A stretch of 64,000 bases of DNA from Octopus vulgaris (Eukaryota), in contig OX597814.1 in the NCBI GenBank assembly GCA_951406725.2, forward strand, positions 176,452,001 to 176,516,000, read 5' to 3'. This document shows positions 26,106 through 40,073 of the stretch, piece after piece. A model generated the notes under the pieces. That model worked only from the letters and a program-made list of their open reading frames with translations, did no database searches and was not told the origin of the DNA. Positions within the stretch are counted from its first letter, which is position 1, and each line of letters opens with the position of its first letter. The translations under genes and the position numbers were made by a program.

Positions 26106-29058
26106 GTTGTTGTTTTGTCAGTATACATGCAATGACAAGCAAAGACTTAAAATGCTGTTAAGTGAAAGAAGAAAAACAAGAGATACAGTTAAAAAGAAGT
26201 AATAAGCAAAGTTTAGAAAATGTGTTAATAACAAGCATCAAAAGAAATAATCTACAAATTTTTATTTTTAACATTTAAAATCCAAAATATAAACCTAAAA
26301 ATATTCAACTTCAAAGTTATTAAACCTATGCAAGAATGGCCAAATGCTTAAGAATTTTGCTTTGCATTCAGCAGGTCCCTGGTTCTATCATACTGCACAA
26401 CACCTTGGGCAAGTGTCCTCCTTTACTCTAATCTTGACCAACTCAAGCTTTGTGAATGAAACTAGAAAGATGGAAACTGTGTGGAAGCCCAGTGGATGAT
26501 ATGTACATGCAATTCAAAGACCAATCCTTTGCAGGTACTATGCGAAGCCAAGTTTAGCTAGGGATTATATTTAAAGATGCAAGAGTCTTCGGAATACTCA
26601 ACCGCCAGCACTAGAAGTACTGAACTGCTCACAAATAAGTGGGTCGTCCAGTAAACTTCTTACGGTAACCAACTGAGGATCCAGTTACACTTTGCTTTAT
26701 ATTCTTCATATCCAAACAGGTCATTTATTTTTCAGGTTATCCCAAGAAAGATTCTCAAAATTTTTTGACCTAACTGCATTTCAAATTATTTCAATGAATT
26801 TGGATATAATGTGAATTCTTTTGGCCATCAGAGAAATTTGTTAAGAGATTAAAATAGCTTCCTACAATCAGTCAGCAAAGCCACCATAATGTACGTACTT
26901 CTCCTTCTTTTATCACAAACTGTGTTTCATCTTCCAACCCAAATAACCACAGCATTACTAAATGCTTTTCTCCAATCCTTCCTCATCAGGGTTGCTTTCA
27001 CTTTGGAACTCACTGCCTACTGAAGTACAAACTGAATACCACTTTCATTGTGTTGTTCAGTTTGTGAAGGACTGAATTACGAAAGGGACCAACACCAAGG
27101 AGTAAAAGCTCAGTTTTCAATGAGCCAAATACAAGGCTTAATCAGAACAGTTTCACTTCCTGCACAATGTTAATAATATCTTCAGTTAATTAAGGCATGA
27201 ACATCACAATTATTTCTCATCTCTCCTAGAGGCCAATCTAAGAACTTGAAAAAGATAACTACATAATTTATGCAAACAACTAAATTTGCAGAAGTTCCCA
27301 ACACATGCTTATATGTAAGCAAATGCATATACCCACAAAAATTTTAAATTATTAGATGAATAAACTACATACCAGACTCCACATAAGTATCTTCTACATT
27401 GGATACTTTTTTATCCAAAATTGATATATTATCTGTCATTATAGGAAGACCACTTCCTTCCCATATAGACTCCATCCTGATGAGGCATCAACCTGAAAAA
27501 AGTAGATTTTCAAATGTTAGAGAATAATAAACCTCAGTACATTTACAAAACATTCTGAAAATTCCTAAATTTGCAACATATTAGAACATAAAACAAGAAT
27601 AATATTATATACTTAAAACAATAGAGAATATGAAATTGGCTCTTTGACATTGAATGTATTTCATTAAGTGTTTTGGTCAGACCACCTTGGTTTGGGCACT
27701 AACAATTATTAACAGGGAACAGGATTACATGTTAAAGACATATTAAAAGACATCCTAACAGACGCTGCCTGTTTAGAAGGCCACAGAAAAAAAGAAGGAC
27801 TATTGATGTTTGAATAAACTCAGTGCAGTAGATTAACAGAATTGGTAGAGCAACAGACAAAACACCAGGTGGTATTTAGTTGTGTAGGCGGAGAGCTGGC
27901 AGAAACGTTAACACGCCAGGTGAAATGCATAGCCGTATTTCGTCTGCCGTTACATTTTGAGTTCAAATTCCGCCAAGGTCGACTTTGCCTTTCATCCTTT
28001 CAGGGTCGATTAAATAAGTACCAGTTACTCAGTGGGGTTGATATAATCGACTTAATCCGTTTGTCTGTCCTTGTTTGTCCTCTCTGTGTTTAGCCCCTTG
28101 TGGGTAGTAAAGAAATAGGTATTAAGTTGTGTACTTTTATGTTATGAGTTCAAATTTCTCAGTCCAATGGTCAGTTTCACAAGATGTGTAAAATAAGTAA
28201 TAGCTGATACTTATTGGAAAGGTCACATGGTCTAGTGGTTATAATGCTGCACTCACGAGCACAAAGTCATGGTTTCAATTCCTAGACTGGGTGGTATGAT
28301 GTGCTCTTGAACAAAACACTTCACACATTGCTCTGCAATCTCTGCAGCAACTGAGATGTGGTACACTGAGCACCTGTTCAGGCAACATCTGTTTGAAGGA
28401 GGGAGCAAGCTAATTAATGTACAACACATACATTTGATCACCATAAACAAACCACTTGTGTAGGTTGTCCAGCAAAAACTGAACATTCATAAATCAACTT
28501 GGATGGGAGAGTCCATCAATTTGATATAGGGAGAGGAAGCTAATTAACTTAAATTTCCACCACCTCCAAATGCAAGGCCTTGCACCTGCCTATATTACAA
28601 ATCAATAATATTTGAATGCACCAAAAGATACATAACATTTAGCAATCTTGCTAATCATGTGCTGAACAAAGTGATTTAAATGGCTCGACAAAAATAATAC
28701 ATTTGCACATAAAAAAAAAAGCATCAACACCATATTTCCAAGTTGTACTTGTTTGTCAAGTGGCCTGATGTGAGACCATGTATTCACAATGAAACTATTA
28801 CATCAGGAAAGACACTTCTTAGTCATTTAACACACAAAGACTTATTCTTTTATACTTTTATTTGTTTCAGTCATTTGACTACAGCCATGCTGGAACACTG
28901 CCTTTAGTCAGACAAATTGACCCTAGGACTTATTCTTTGTAAGCCTAATACTTATTCTAGCAGTCTGTTTTGCCAAACCGCTAAGTTACAGGGATGTAAA
29001 CACACCAACATCAGTTGTCAAGTGATGATGGAGGGGACAAACACTGGCACACAAACAT

Positions 29059-29102
<44 letters not shown>

Positions 29103-29379
29103 AAATACAAAATGGGGCAAGAATGCAAAGCGGGACAACAAAACATCCAGATAGACGATACAAAAAAACGTGGACGGGTCATTCGAAGCCTTTTATCTTC
29201 AGTCAAGAACTGGATCATCTTCACAATTTCGGCTGATTAATCTTATATATATATATTTGTTAAAAAATAATGTGTTTTGAATGGCACAGAACATCCCAAC
29301 AACACTGGATCACTATTGCTACTTAACTTCTAACTGAAAATAATGGAAGCAGGGGAGATCCAAACCAAGTTCTACAGGA

Positions 29380-30440
29380 AAGCAGCCAATTAGAGATATG
29401 TTTGTCCAGTACAGTTCAGTACTTCCACTTGGTGCCAAAATAGGATATGCCAGAAATGAACTTGCACGCATCCAGAGCAAGTGCAGCAGGACAGATGACA
29501 AGGTGACCCACACTACATGCCTCCTAGAAATATTGAAAACCAACGGGTACCCGATATCCATTGTAAATCAGCTTAAGTACCTAAGATGACCAACATGCCA
29601 AACACACAGAAAACCCAGCAACACATGCTTCCTTAAAATACCCCATTTTAGCAAGAGGGTAACTACAGCCATCTGAAGAGCCATAAGAAGAGAAGGACTA
29701 GACATACGAGCCCACTCCAACCCCTCTCTGAGAAGACCCCTTGCAAAGAAATGAGCAAGGGACAGCAATCAATGCACACAATGCAAACTGTTCCATCCGT
29801 GACACAGATTTATGCCAATGGGTAAATGTTGTGTATAGAATACAGTGTAACGAATGCAACAAGGTCTATGTGGGTAGCACAACAAGACTGTTACACGTTT
29901 GTATCAAAGAACATCTGAACATGAGAGCCTCCTCCTTCAGAAAATACCTAGACAGATGCCGGAACACCAACAAAAGCATAACAGTCACAATTGAAGCCAA
30001 TGAAAGAAATTTGGGTAATCTAAAAATTAAGGAAGCTATCCTCATAGACAGACTAGGGCCCCAAATTAACAAAAGGCAAGAGGTCAGCAATCAATATATT
30101 ATTTAGCTACATCTGGATGCATGTAGGTTCGTTTTTGATAACATGCTTATGTATTATTTATAAAAATAAAGAAAGAAGGCGAAAAAAGGAAACTGCATGT
30201 ATAATACATAACTTAGAAGCAGCGCTACGGATGTGCCAGCACACACAAGCTTGAGACATAGCCGCCCTCACGCACTTCTCATGAGAAATTCTGGGAGGAA
30301 CTTCATGAGACCACTACAGAAACACTTCCAGAAAAAAAAAAAAAGACCATTGGAAAACTGATTACAGCAGTGACTCAGTCAATTCCTATGGATATCTGAA
30401 GAAGGAATTTTTATATTCTGAAATATTATATCAGACTATG
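29380..30440 (+). mobile_element. Penelope-like retroelement 3' relic (RT thumb, GIY-YIG endonuclease, pLTR)
   Basis: ILKTNGYP thumb motif; VVYRIQCNECNKVYVGSTTRLL..IKEHL..LKIKEAILI..PQIN GIY-YIG signature; stops and frameshifts; decayed HHR downstream. Confidence 0.88.
30391..30432 (+). ncRNA. CpG-decayed hammerhead motif in the Penelope pLTR
   Basis: GATAT-CTGAAGA-A-GGAA(TTTTTATA)TTCT-GAAA-TA-TT-ATATC; restoring the CpGs gives TTCC-GAAA-CG-TT. Confidence 0.6.
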
Positions 30441-32077
30441 GATGATTAAATTATAACAGTTATTATAGTCCATTGTTATGCCATTCAAAACACATTATAT
30501 TTTACAAACAATACACAATGCTTCAAGTAAACTACAACACTCTGCTACATATATATATATATATATACATACATACACAAAGGGCTTCTTTCAGTTTCCA
30601 TCTACCAAATCTACTCACAAATTTTTATACCAATATCTCCACCTTGTAATTTCTTTCCAATGAATTTATTATTCCAGTCACATCTTTTATTGGAGCGGTT
30701 AATATTTTTAATTAACCAGTATTACTGAAAAACTGTCTGGAAAGGTTTCAGATTTAAACTCATGCACAACTAATCAGCACTTCTCACTTGAAGTAGTAGT
30801 TTCCTGTTTAGTTCATCTGGTACTTAAGTGACATAAAATTAATGAATGTGGAAAACCTCAATCTTAAGATGATCTGAACTACTGAACCAACAGCTCAAAA
30901 CTTGTTACTAACAAATATATATTCCAGTGGACCCACTTCTGTACTAGCTAGTTCACTCAAGTTTTATATATGTAGTATTTCCTGACTATCATATTGCAAA
31001 TATTCCATGCATTGCTGAACACAAATTCAACAACATGTAAAGACAGACCATTTTATGTCTAATACCGGATGCTGGATTGGCAGAATAAATAAAGCACTGA
31101 AGAAAATGCTTGAAGATAATCATTAATGTCTCTTTATGTTGTGAGTTCAAATCTCACTGGTGCTTGACTTTAGTTTTCATCCTTTTGATAAAATGAATAA
31201 AAAAAAAATGTCACAAGAAAAACTTCGATAAAATTATCTTTATTTAATGTTTTCCATTTAATGTTATTGCTTTACTTAAGATAGTGAATAAAATGTGATA
31301 TTTTTCAAATATCTGTGATGCTTTTGTATAAATAGCATTGTAATTGTATTCATGTGCATTGCTTATTAATATATGACTTAAAAATGCTTATTAATATGTG
31401 CTCTCAGATTTATCCTAGCTCAGAACCACAACCTATTATACCACCAAAAAAAGTATTAATATCTATATGAATATGGCTCAACTGATCAGCACTGGCTGAC
31501 TTATTATGGGCAATACAGCAAACTTCAAATAAAACATGGGAGCTTTCAACTAGCTTGATCAAAGGTTCTAGAAAATTTGACTTACGGTTATAAAATGTTG
31601 ACAAATTCAACCACAGATTAGAGCAACTCAGCATCCCACAGTCAGCAGTTACTTTGTTCAGTGAGGTGGTTTATCACTCTCTTTCACTTCTTATTTAATC
31701 CTCAACTATTTAAACTGGCCATATCAGGCCAAAATACTCTACTTGTTTTATTTTCACACTGGTCTCTCACACTTATCCTAAAATATCATTCTAGAAATAA
31801 CCATGTCATTGAAATCTCAAAGCTACAAAGTAATGCATGACTAATTCAAAACAATGTGAATAAAAAAGCATTACATTTGTCAGAGAAGTCTGAATACTAA
31901 AGGGTTAACATGCTTATGTCATGTTCAACATAAGGTAACACTCTTGAATTGTATTTGAGTCATGCACACATTGCAGTAACCTTAACTTTTTCTACTTATT
32001 TGGCCTTCCACATTCCACCTCAGTGTATTTTAGATATGATTACTATCAATATGCTCTAGTTAAGTTTTGGAGCAAGA

Positions 32078-32357
32078 GTTCCTTATCGAGCCATGCCTGG
32101 CTCATAAGGGCCAGTTTCCCGGTTTCCTTGGCATATAGGGTCCCCACCTGGACGGGACGCCAGTCCGTTGCAGGAGGAAAGAGTGAGAGAAAGTTGTGGC
32201 GAAAGAGTCAGCAGAAGTTTGCCATTACCTTCTGCCAGAGTCACGTGGAGCTTAGCTGTTTCGCTCATAAACACACACATCGCCCGGTCTGAGATTCGAA
32301 TCTGCGATCCCTCGACCGCGAGTCCGCTGCTCTAACCACTAGGCCATGTGCCTCCAC
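32078..32357 (-). mobile_element. tRNA-derived SINE with a V-domain-like segment and 12-bp TSD
   Basis: Head TGGCCTAGTGGTTAGAGC..GATTCGAATCTC; GACTGGCGTCCCGTCCAGG resembles the V-SINE domain (recalled); TSD TTTGGAGCAAGA at 32066-32077 and 32358-32369. Confidence 0.8.
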
Positions 32358-33723
32358 TTTGGAGCAAGACATAAATTAAGTAACAAGAAACCTAGTTATA
32401 TCACCTGAAGAGTAACTTCTGCCTTGCAGGGTACATTGGAATTCATTGTATAGTTTCCCACCCATGAGAGAATGGTACCAAAATGATCATTGTAATAAAT
32501 AAACTTTCTAGTATTTTCTATCTTCCGTATCACTGACTGATCCATGTATCTTGTTTTGTCCTGTTTGCTGTTGTCATGCTATCATCCTTTTTTCTGCAGG
32601 TTGTGTTTCGATTGCTTCCATTTGTGGTGTTTTTTTCTGTTCTACCTTTGATTTATTCATGCACTGCTATGTACAACTTGTTAACTTTGTAAAAAAGATA
32701 CTCCTTGAATATCATGTACAACTCTCATCCTCTTTTCCTCGCCCTACTCCCTTCCTCTTCTCTCTCTGTTTCTCTTTTTCTCCCTTTACCTCTCTGTCTA
32801 TCCTTTCCCCCCTCTCTCTTATTCTTCAATCTATTTTGCTTTCCTTCCCCACTTACCTCCTTGTACCTTTCTTCTCTCTCCCCCTTTCTCTCATTCTTTG
32901 GTCCCTCTGATTTCTTGCCCCTCTGTCCTATTCCTTAGTCCCTCTGTCCTCTTCAACTCCTGTCCTCCCCTACCACATGATTGCTGTCCGGTTCAGACAT
33001 TGTCATCCTTCTTTAGCTGGCCGCCTTTGAGGCCGGTTACATCTGTTCTGTTCTGTCTCCCGATCTGTTAAGATTTTTCCATTTCCGCCTCATCTGGCAC
33101 CTGTGTCGGTGGCACATAAAATCATCCACTACACTCTCGGAGTGGTTGGCGTTAGGAAGGGCATCCAGCTGTAGAAACACTGCCAGATCTGCCTGGCCTG
33201 GTGCAGCCTTCGGGCTCCCCAGACTTCAGTTGAACCGTCCAACCCATGCTAGCATGGAAAGCGGACGTTAAATGATGATGATGATGATGATGATTTTCCT
33301 TGTGCTAGCTTACTACACTCGTCTGAGACCCTGTTTGTTTGTTTTACTTCTGCTGTAACTGTATAATTATTTTCCTTTTGTTGTATAACTGAAAGGTGTT
33401 TGTCCATTGTATATGAATCATTTTATTTCATATGTTATGTCTTTCCGATAGTCAAAAGATCCTCTCAGCTGTTTACTTATTTGTTTTCATATATGTACAT
33501 TAATTTGTCTTGCCCAGAGGCTTAATGCTTTTAGCTTAAGTCCCTGGCCTGCCGGTTTCGAGTAGTATTGGTGATAAATAAGTGAAACTACATGGACATC
33601 CCGGACTCCAACTGAAGAGGCAACTGACTGCAAATGATCTATGTATCTTGTTTTGTCCTGTTTGCCACTGTCGTGCTATCATCCTTTTTCCCCGCATATT
33701 GTGTTTTTCCTGTTCTACCTTTG

Positions 33724-33757
<34 letters not shown>

Positions 33758-33761
<4 letters not shown>

Positions 33762-33935
33762 AGAATTCACGAAAAAAACAAAAGACGAAGGCAGGTGGTG
33801 GAGAAAACAAACAGATGTATTAGTATAACGCTTGGGAATTGAAAAAAGTCTGTTACGTTTCGAGCCTACGCTCTTCCACAGAAAAAAAACACAGAAAGAA
33901 ACAAGGAGAGAAAAAAATGTGTGTAGTGGCTACTG
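33758..33935 (-). mobile_element. Small (TA)n-inserted element with a variant HHR motif; second copy at about 60947-61115
   Basis: Two similar copies abut (TA)n. The - strand reads (C/T)TTT-CTGT(A/G)GA-A-GAGC-GTAG-GCTC-GAAA-(C/T)G-TA-A(A/C)AG at 33850-33885 and 61038-61073. Confidence 0.6.
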
Positions 33936-35565
33936 ACACATACCTCTCAAACATATTACAATAAAGTGTTCCCTGATGATCCGTTGTGGTTCAGCATTTA
34001 ATGGCACATGAAACTGAGGTTACAAATAGCTACGATGGTGAAACGTGCTACAGCAACAACTGATATAAACTAGTGTTTATCATGATTCATTATAATATAT
34101 CAAACTACCAATTAAGCTAAACTCCCTACTGACAAATTAATCAGCAATGTTATAGCGCTGCGTGTATGTATGTTCTCACTGTCCTGTTCTTCTTACCACT
34201 TTCACACTCCGCAAAAAATCCCAAATGTTATTTAATTTGCTTTGCGGGAAGGATTGTTTCAACGAAGTCGCGTATTGTCCTTGCCTTCGTAACGTGGAGT
34301 AGATGAAACAGGGACAACTGAAGAAGGGGAATATTCTTTATGTTGTATGTCTCGTTTCTTTGTTGTTGTTTTTTCGTTGTTCGAAAAAAAGTTCGTTTTC
34401 TATGTTTTTGTTTTTATGTTTTCGTTTCTCATTGTGTTCAACGTTTTTTTTTTTATGTCCTGTACCTATATATGCATGTAGATATACATATATATGTACG
34501 TATGTACATATATGTATGTATGTATATATGCATATATTTATATATTGTTTATATTATATATATACACACACACATAGTTGATTGATGGTACAGTGCAGAG
34601 CTGAAACAATAACAACGGAATAACTTCCAATATATACAAATTCTATAACTTGTATTCAATATTCAAGATTTCGTTTGTAAACAAAGGACTGAAAGAGAGA
34701 GGAGAGCGAGAGAGAATGAGAGTGTGTGTGTATGAGCGCGCGCGCGAGAGAGAGAGAGAGAGAGATATAATTAGTGGGAAGGGAAGGTCCAAATGCTAAA
34801 ACGTGAAGAAATGGTAAACACTGGATGTGTTCCAGACTAGGAAGCAACACAGCTGTTACATTAAAAACAAAATTAGTCATCGAACGCTAAGTTTTTTCGA
34901 CATTGATTTACTTTTAATAAATATACTTGTTAACGATTTTAATTTCCACCCCCCCTCCACTCCTTTCTGGTTAGAAGACATATTTCAAAAGCATTGTGTT
35001 CTCGGTGAGTAATGATAAACAAACTGAGAAGTAAACAACTGAGATCTCGGTCAACAAAAACTTTGTTGTAAAAAACTATGACGAATAGGGAACATCAAAA
35101 GCGACCTGTCAACAAACCAATCTTGCAAAGTAAATCATAAATAATACACACATATGTAGAAATAAATGTAAATTACGTATACACACACACACACCTATAT
35201 GTTTGGAAACAGTGGATCTCGAAGCATAAAACGCTATAAATAATACCATGTAAATATTGGACAGTCTTCAACAATATATCTTCGGTTGTCCATCGAAATT
35301 TTATAATGATGCCCACCCACTCAACGGTGAGACCATCGATGGCTAAAGCAAGTCTTATCTTGGAACCACGAGCACTGTAGGTGAAACTATGTATATACAT
35401 ATAGTGATGCAAACGGGAAAAATTAGAACTCAAAATATGAGTATATGTATATTTATATAATCATTTAGCGGAACTAACAGTGTCTCAAAGGTTGAGCGTT
35501 TGTTTCATTTATTGACACTTATCAAACTGGTTTGATTAGTGCCAACGCACGAATACTTGCTTCTG

Positions 35566-35605
<40 letters not shown>

Positions 35606-35865
35606 GTATGCATATATGGGTACAGGACATCACCAACAGTAAACAACATGAAATACGAAATATATATATATATATATATATACCCACACGCATATAGAGT
35701 GTATGTGTATGCGTGCGTGACAAACATTAATTCATTGTGTGTTTGAAACAATGACTCTGCCAAAGACATCTAAAGAATAATTGAAATTCATTTCAAAAAC
35801 TGTTAATAAAAAAAGTTTACGGAGTATAATTTAATGTGAAATTTATGAAAACAATATTATATATA

Positions 35866-35943
35866 TCTGTGGTTCATAACCTGTGGTCCGCGGACCCCTG
35901 GTCGTCCGCAAAGGTAGTATTGGGGTCCGTAGACTAAATTCAA

Positions 35944-36005
<62 letters not shown>

Positions 36006-36088
36006 ATAAGCATATTAAAAGAGGTCTGTGGGAAAACTGGTTTAAATAAATGGGGTCCTTTATAGTGAAAAAGTTGGGAACGACTGAT
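35866..36088. mobile_element. hAT (Charlie/MER5-like) MITE interrupted by (TA)n; related relic at about 44153-44445
   Basis: CTGTGGTTCATAACC..GGTCCGCGGACCCC start and AAGTTGGGAACGACTG end resemble hAT TIRs. Confidence 0.55.
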
Positions 36089-39000
36089 ATATAGGATAAA
36101 TAACAGCAGAATAGGGAATGTGTATATCGTTATATATATATATTTGTATAGACTTTTAATCTGCAACAAAATTTTTTAACGAATGCATTCACTTTAAGAA
36201 GTATTAAGAATTTTAAAATTTATACAGATTTAAATAGCAGAAACAAAAAGAGTGGTAAGGGAAGTTAAATGAATATATATATACATGTGATATAAAATAA
36301 AATTAAAACAAAAGGAATTTAACAGCTGACAAAGAAAATACTGAGGTAAATTTGAAAAGAAAAACTGTCTAATTATGAAAAGCTTTAAATGATATAAATA
36401 AATGATAATACGAGAAAACTTTATATAACTTACATCGATATGGTAATTGAAAGTGTCACGATATATTTCGACATTATAACATAGTAGATACATAAAAGAA
36501 ATGAAAATTTAGACGAAAGTGGACATTTCCTTCGTTATATAAGTAACGATATGTTTATCAAATCAGCTTTTGTTTTCTTTAAATAGAAACATCCACAGCA
36601 GGAAGAAAATTGCTACGACACCGTTTCAGGGGGAGATAACCCAAGATTGCTGACAACAGCATGTCACATGTGGTGGATGGTTTTATAGTAGATAGCATTA
36701 AAACGTATTTTACTTAGTTCATTCATTGGACTCCTGGGGGTACCACCTTGAAGGGTTTAGTCGAACAAATCGCTCACATTCCTTATTTTTCTTTTCTCTC
36801 AGTCGGGTACTTATTCTACTCGCAATACCAGAGGGCGCACACTCTCCTACCCTGATGTAATCTCCAGGGATACAGGCATCCAGCAACAGGACCTCCGTAA
36901 TGACATGATGGACCGTGAAGTCTGAGCGTAGCATGGTAAATTCCATTGTCTCGACCACGGTCGACAATGATGATGATGACTTATTCTATTGACTGCTTTC
37001 TACCGAATTGCTAAGTTACGAGGACGTAAACATACCTGCACTGATTGTCAAGCGGGGTGAAGGAGGATAAACAGAAAAGAAAAAAAAACATAGTATGTCC
37101 ATATTTGAATTTGAAAAATTGCTTGGAAACATACAGCGCGCTATACAAGTTTGTCCGACCATCGTATTATCAAAATATGAAACTAATAACTCGCATTTAT
37201 ATCACGACTGTGTTTATAAATATATGTGTGTGTGTGTTTACGACGGGCTTCTTCCAGTTTCCGTCAACTAAATCCACCCGCAAGGTCGACCCGCGTCTGT
37301 TGTAAAAGAAAAAAAACACTTGCCCAAGGTGTCACGCATGAGACTGAACTCAAAATATTGTAGTTGGGAAGCAAACTTCTTACCACACAGCCATACTTGC
37401 GCCTATAAGTAATATAAATTCTTCTAAGATTTTTTTAAAACTAATTATTTATTAAACTACATGGCGATCTTTCGTCTCTAGTAGACCTTTCCGTCGATTT
37501 CCGTAAAAAGAATTTTTTTTTTTACATATGGGCTTGCAGGAACTTTTGAAGTAATATACATACATATACACATACACCGAGTAAAAAATTTCAGTTATCT
37601 CTTTCTTTCACACATTACTCTGTCTCTTCACACACACTAACAGAAGCACTTCACTTACACAACATACTGTCTGTCTCCCACACCCCATCAAACACACACA
37701 TGTCCATCAATGCTCCCATGCACGGTAACTTCAAAAGAACTTCCCTCGTCATACAATCGCTTTCTCTTAGTCTCTTTCGCTCTCATTACTTCAAAAGTTC
37801 CCGCAAGCCCTGAGAACGCAATTTACAAAAGTTAGAGTAAGGAAAAAGGGAACAAATAAAATGGCACACATACTCTCAGTTATATACTCTACCAAAAGAT
37901 ACCGAAGTTTCCCCTCAAAGAATTTTTTGAAGTAACTTATAACAAGGCTTTTCCGTAGGTGGTCGGGAGGCTGAAGCGCTGAAACAGCCAATCGGTCTCG
38001 TGAGCATCATTTGATTCTTCAGGGAAACAGCATTCTAACGATGACAAAACTTAGTTGTCAGGGTAGCATCCCTTACGAACGTCGCAAATGGCAACAGGTA
38101 GAAGCAATCAGCGACCAATTATTATATTTCAGTATGTTATTGCGTTCATCTACGGACGCAGTAATTTCCACTTACACCACAGAGAGAAAATGATAGAGAA
38201 AGAGTCGTTCAATAGTGTCGTCCCGTTTGAGAAAACCCAGTGATAATGAATGTCTTAATCATCACACCTCTCCCATTGGTTCCAGAATTGAGGGTAAAGG
38301 GCTCTACTCCCCTTTTGACCAGGCTTTTTTTATGGGTTTTTCCACGAGTAACCATTCGAAGCGCCTCCCCCTATTGAGAATTTCAATTGTTATTTTTTCG
38401 TTGTTATCTCTAGAATTTTTACACGGTTTTTTGCAAACGGACAAAACCCTTTGTAACTTTAGTCCTGTGTATTGTCCCTTTATGTTTTAATTATTTTTGT
38501 CAGCCCTTGTGACCAATAAACGAATTAATTATTATAAAGTTGATATTGCCCCATATTCAGCACTGTCCAGGCGGGGGAATAAGCACCTCTTACCGCATTC
38601 TTGTTATGTTTTTGTTTTTTAGTTTTTTAAAACTTTTTGGTTCGAATTCATGTTTTCAGCAACGAAGATTATGATTTTGCAAGAAAAAAATAATAATAAC
38701 CTCTGATTCCAATTCTTAATTATTAAAGAGAAATGGTGAGTCCATATTCCTCTTTTAAATCTAATTTCATACATGTATCCACGTTACATCTCTGGGTATC
38801 GTGAAGTAATGGTAAACTTCCAACTAGCTGAGTATTGTTAATACAATCACAAGCGAGTATGGTTTGGTTACATGTACTTATGCTCTTTTGTTTATGTAAT
38901 GACCAGCAAACAGACAATCTCTTGGCTCCCCTCACTAATTCAGCCGGACGTCCAGGATGTGACAGTGAGGAAAGAAGCCAGCATCAGACCCCTAGCTGGT

Positions 39001-39344
39001 ACTCTTTACAGCCAAGACAGCAGAAATGTGAAATGAAGTACCTTGCTCAAGGGTGCAATGCACCACTTGGTCCAGAAATTGAACCCATTACATTATGATC
39101 ATGACCCAAACACCCTAATCACTAAGCAGCATGATATCGTCACATTTCTTTACATAGTTGTGACTCTTTCTCTTTAATTCTAGTACTTTCCATTTGCAAC
39201 TATATTCAATACTTTATAAGAGATGCCCTCAACATTCCACATAAGGACAGTCTTCATTTTTGGCTATTGACTCATTAATACTGACCTGACCATATTTCCA
39301 ATGAAACTCATCGTGCTTCAATTAATTTTGAAAATAGTCAAGAA

Positions 39345-40035
39345 GTGCCCTGCCTGTGACTAACATTGGTGATCAACGCAGTGTGGATGAGCTCCGCATC
39401 TCCATTGCACCCAGAGTGGGCACCGACGTATGTGGAGAACTGAGATGTCGATGTAGTAGGCTTCTCGATTCAACAGGCCATCGTGGCTTGTCTTGCCGCC
39501 TAAATGCAGGTCGTTTCGCTCTCGTCACACCAAGCCAATTTTAATCATTAAGCGAGCCCTGGCTCGGGTTAATACCCCCCTCAGTTCTGGAGCCTGCGGG
39601 ATTATCCAGAAGTGATGGGAAGAGACCAGATGGTGTTACTCTTTGCCTCTGGGTAAGAGGTAGGTGTCTCATCTGGGATGCCAGTCTGTGACTCTTTTGT
39701 TCCCTCCCACATCCTGGATGCTGCGGTAAATGGTCACTGCTTCCGTAGCCGAACAGAACAAAATTCTTAAGTATCAGGACGTGTCAGTGAACCGTTTCTT
39801 CCAGCTAGTTACGCTTGAGACATTTAGAAAGGCTGGACCGCTAACAAAGAAGTTGTTGTCATCGCTGGCGGCTCGTCTTACCGAAGTGTCAGGTGATACC
39901 TATGAGAGTGCTTGGCTTCTCCAATGCTTTAGCCACGCCATTGCTCGTGATAATGGCGAGAGCGTGCTGGCTTGCTTCAGTAGAATCCGTTAAACCTTGC
40001 ATTGACGTTTTTTTTTCTTTCGTCCGCTTTTTCTT
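39345..40035 (+). mobile_element. 3' end of a CRE-like (restriction-like endonuclease) non-LTR retrotransposon, frameshifted
   Basis: CRC..DSTGHRGLSC..GRFA(RH) zinc knuckle; [20 protein letters not shown]; AEQNKILKY; LETF..G; AIARDN; T-rich tail. Confidence 0.8.
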
Positions 40036-40073
40036 CTTTATTTTCTTTCTTCGGTTTGGGATTTATATTTGAA

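Noticed and set aside
27474-27507. ATC-CTGATGA-GG..CCT-GAAA..GTA-GAT hammerhead-like string
   Set aside because: Stem II is only 2 bp, there is no stem III pairing beyond one base, and there is no repeat context; probably chance.
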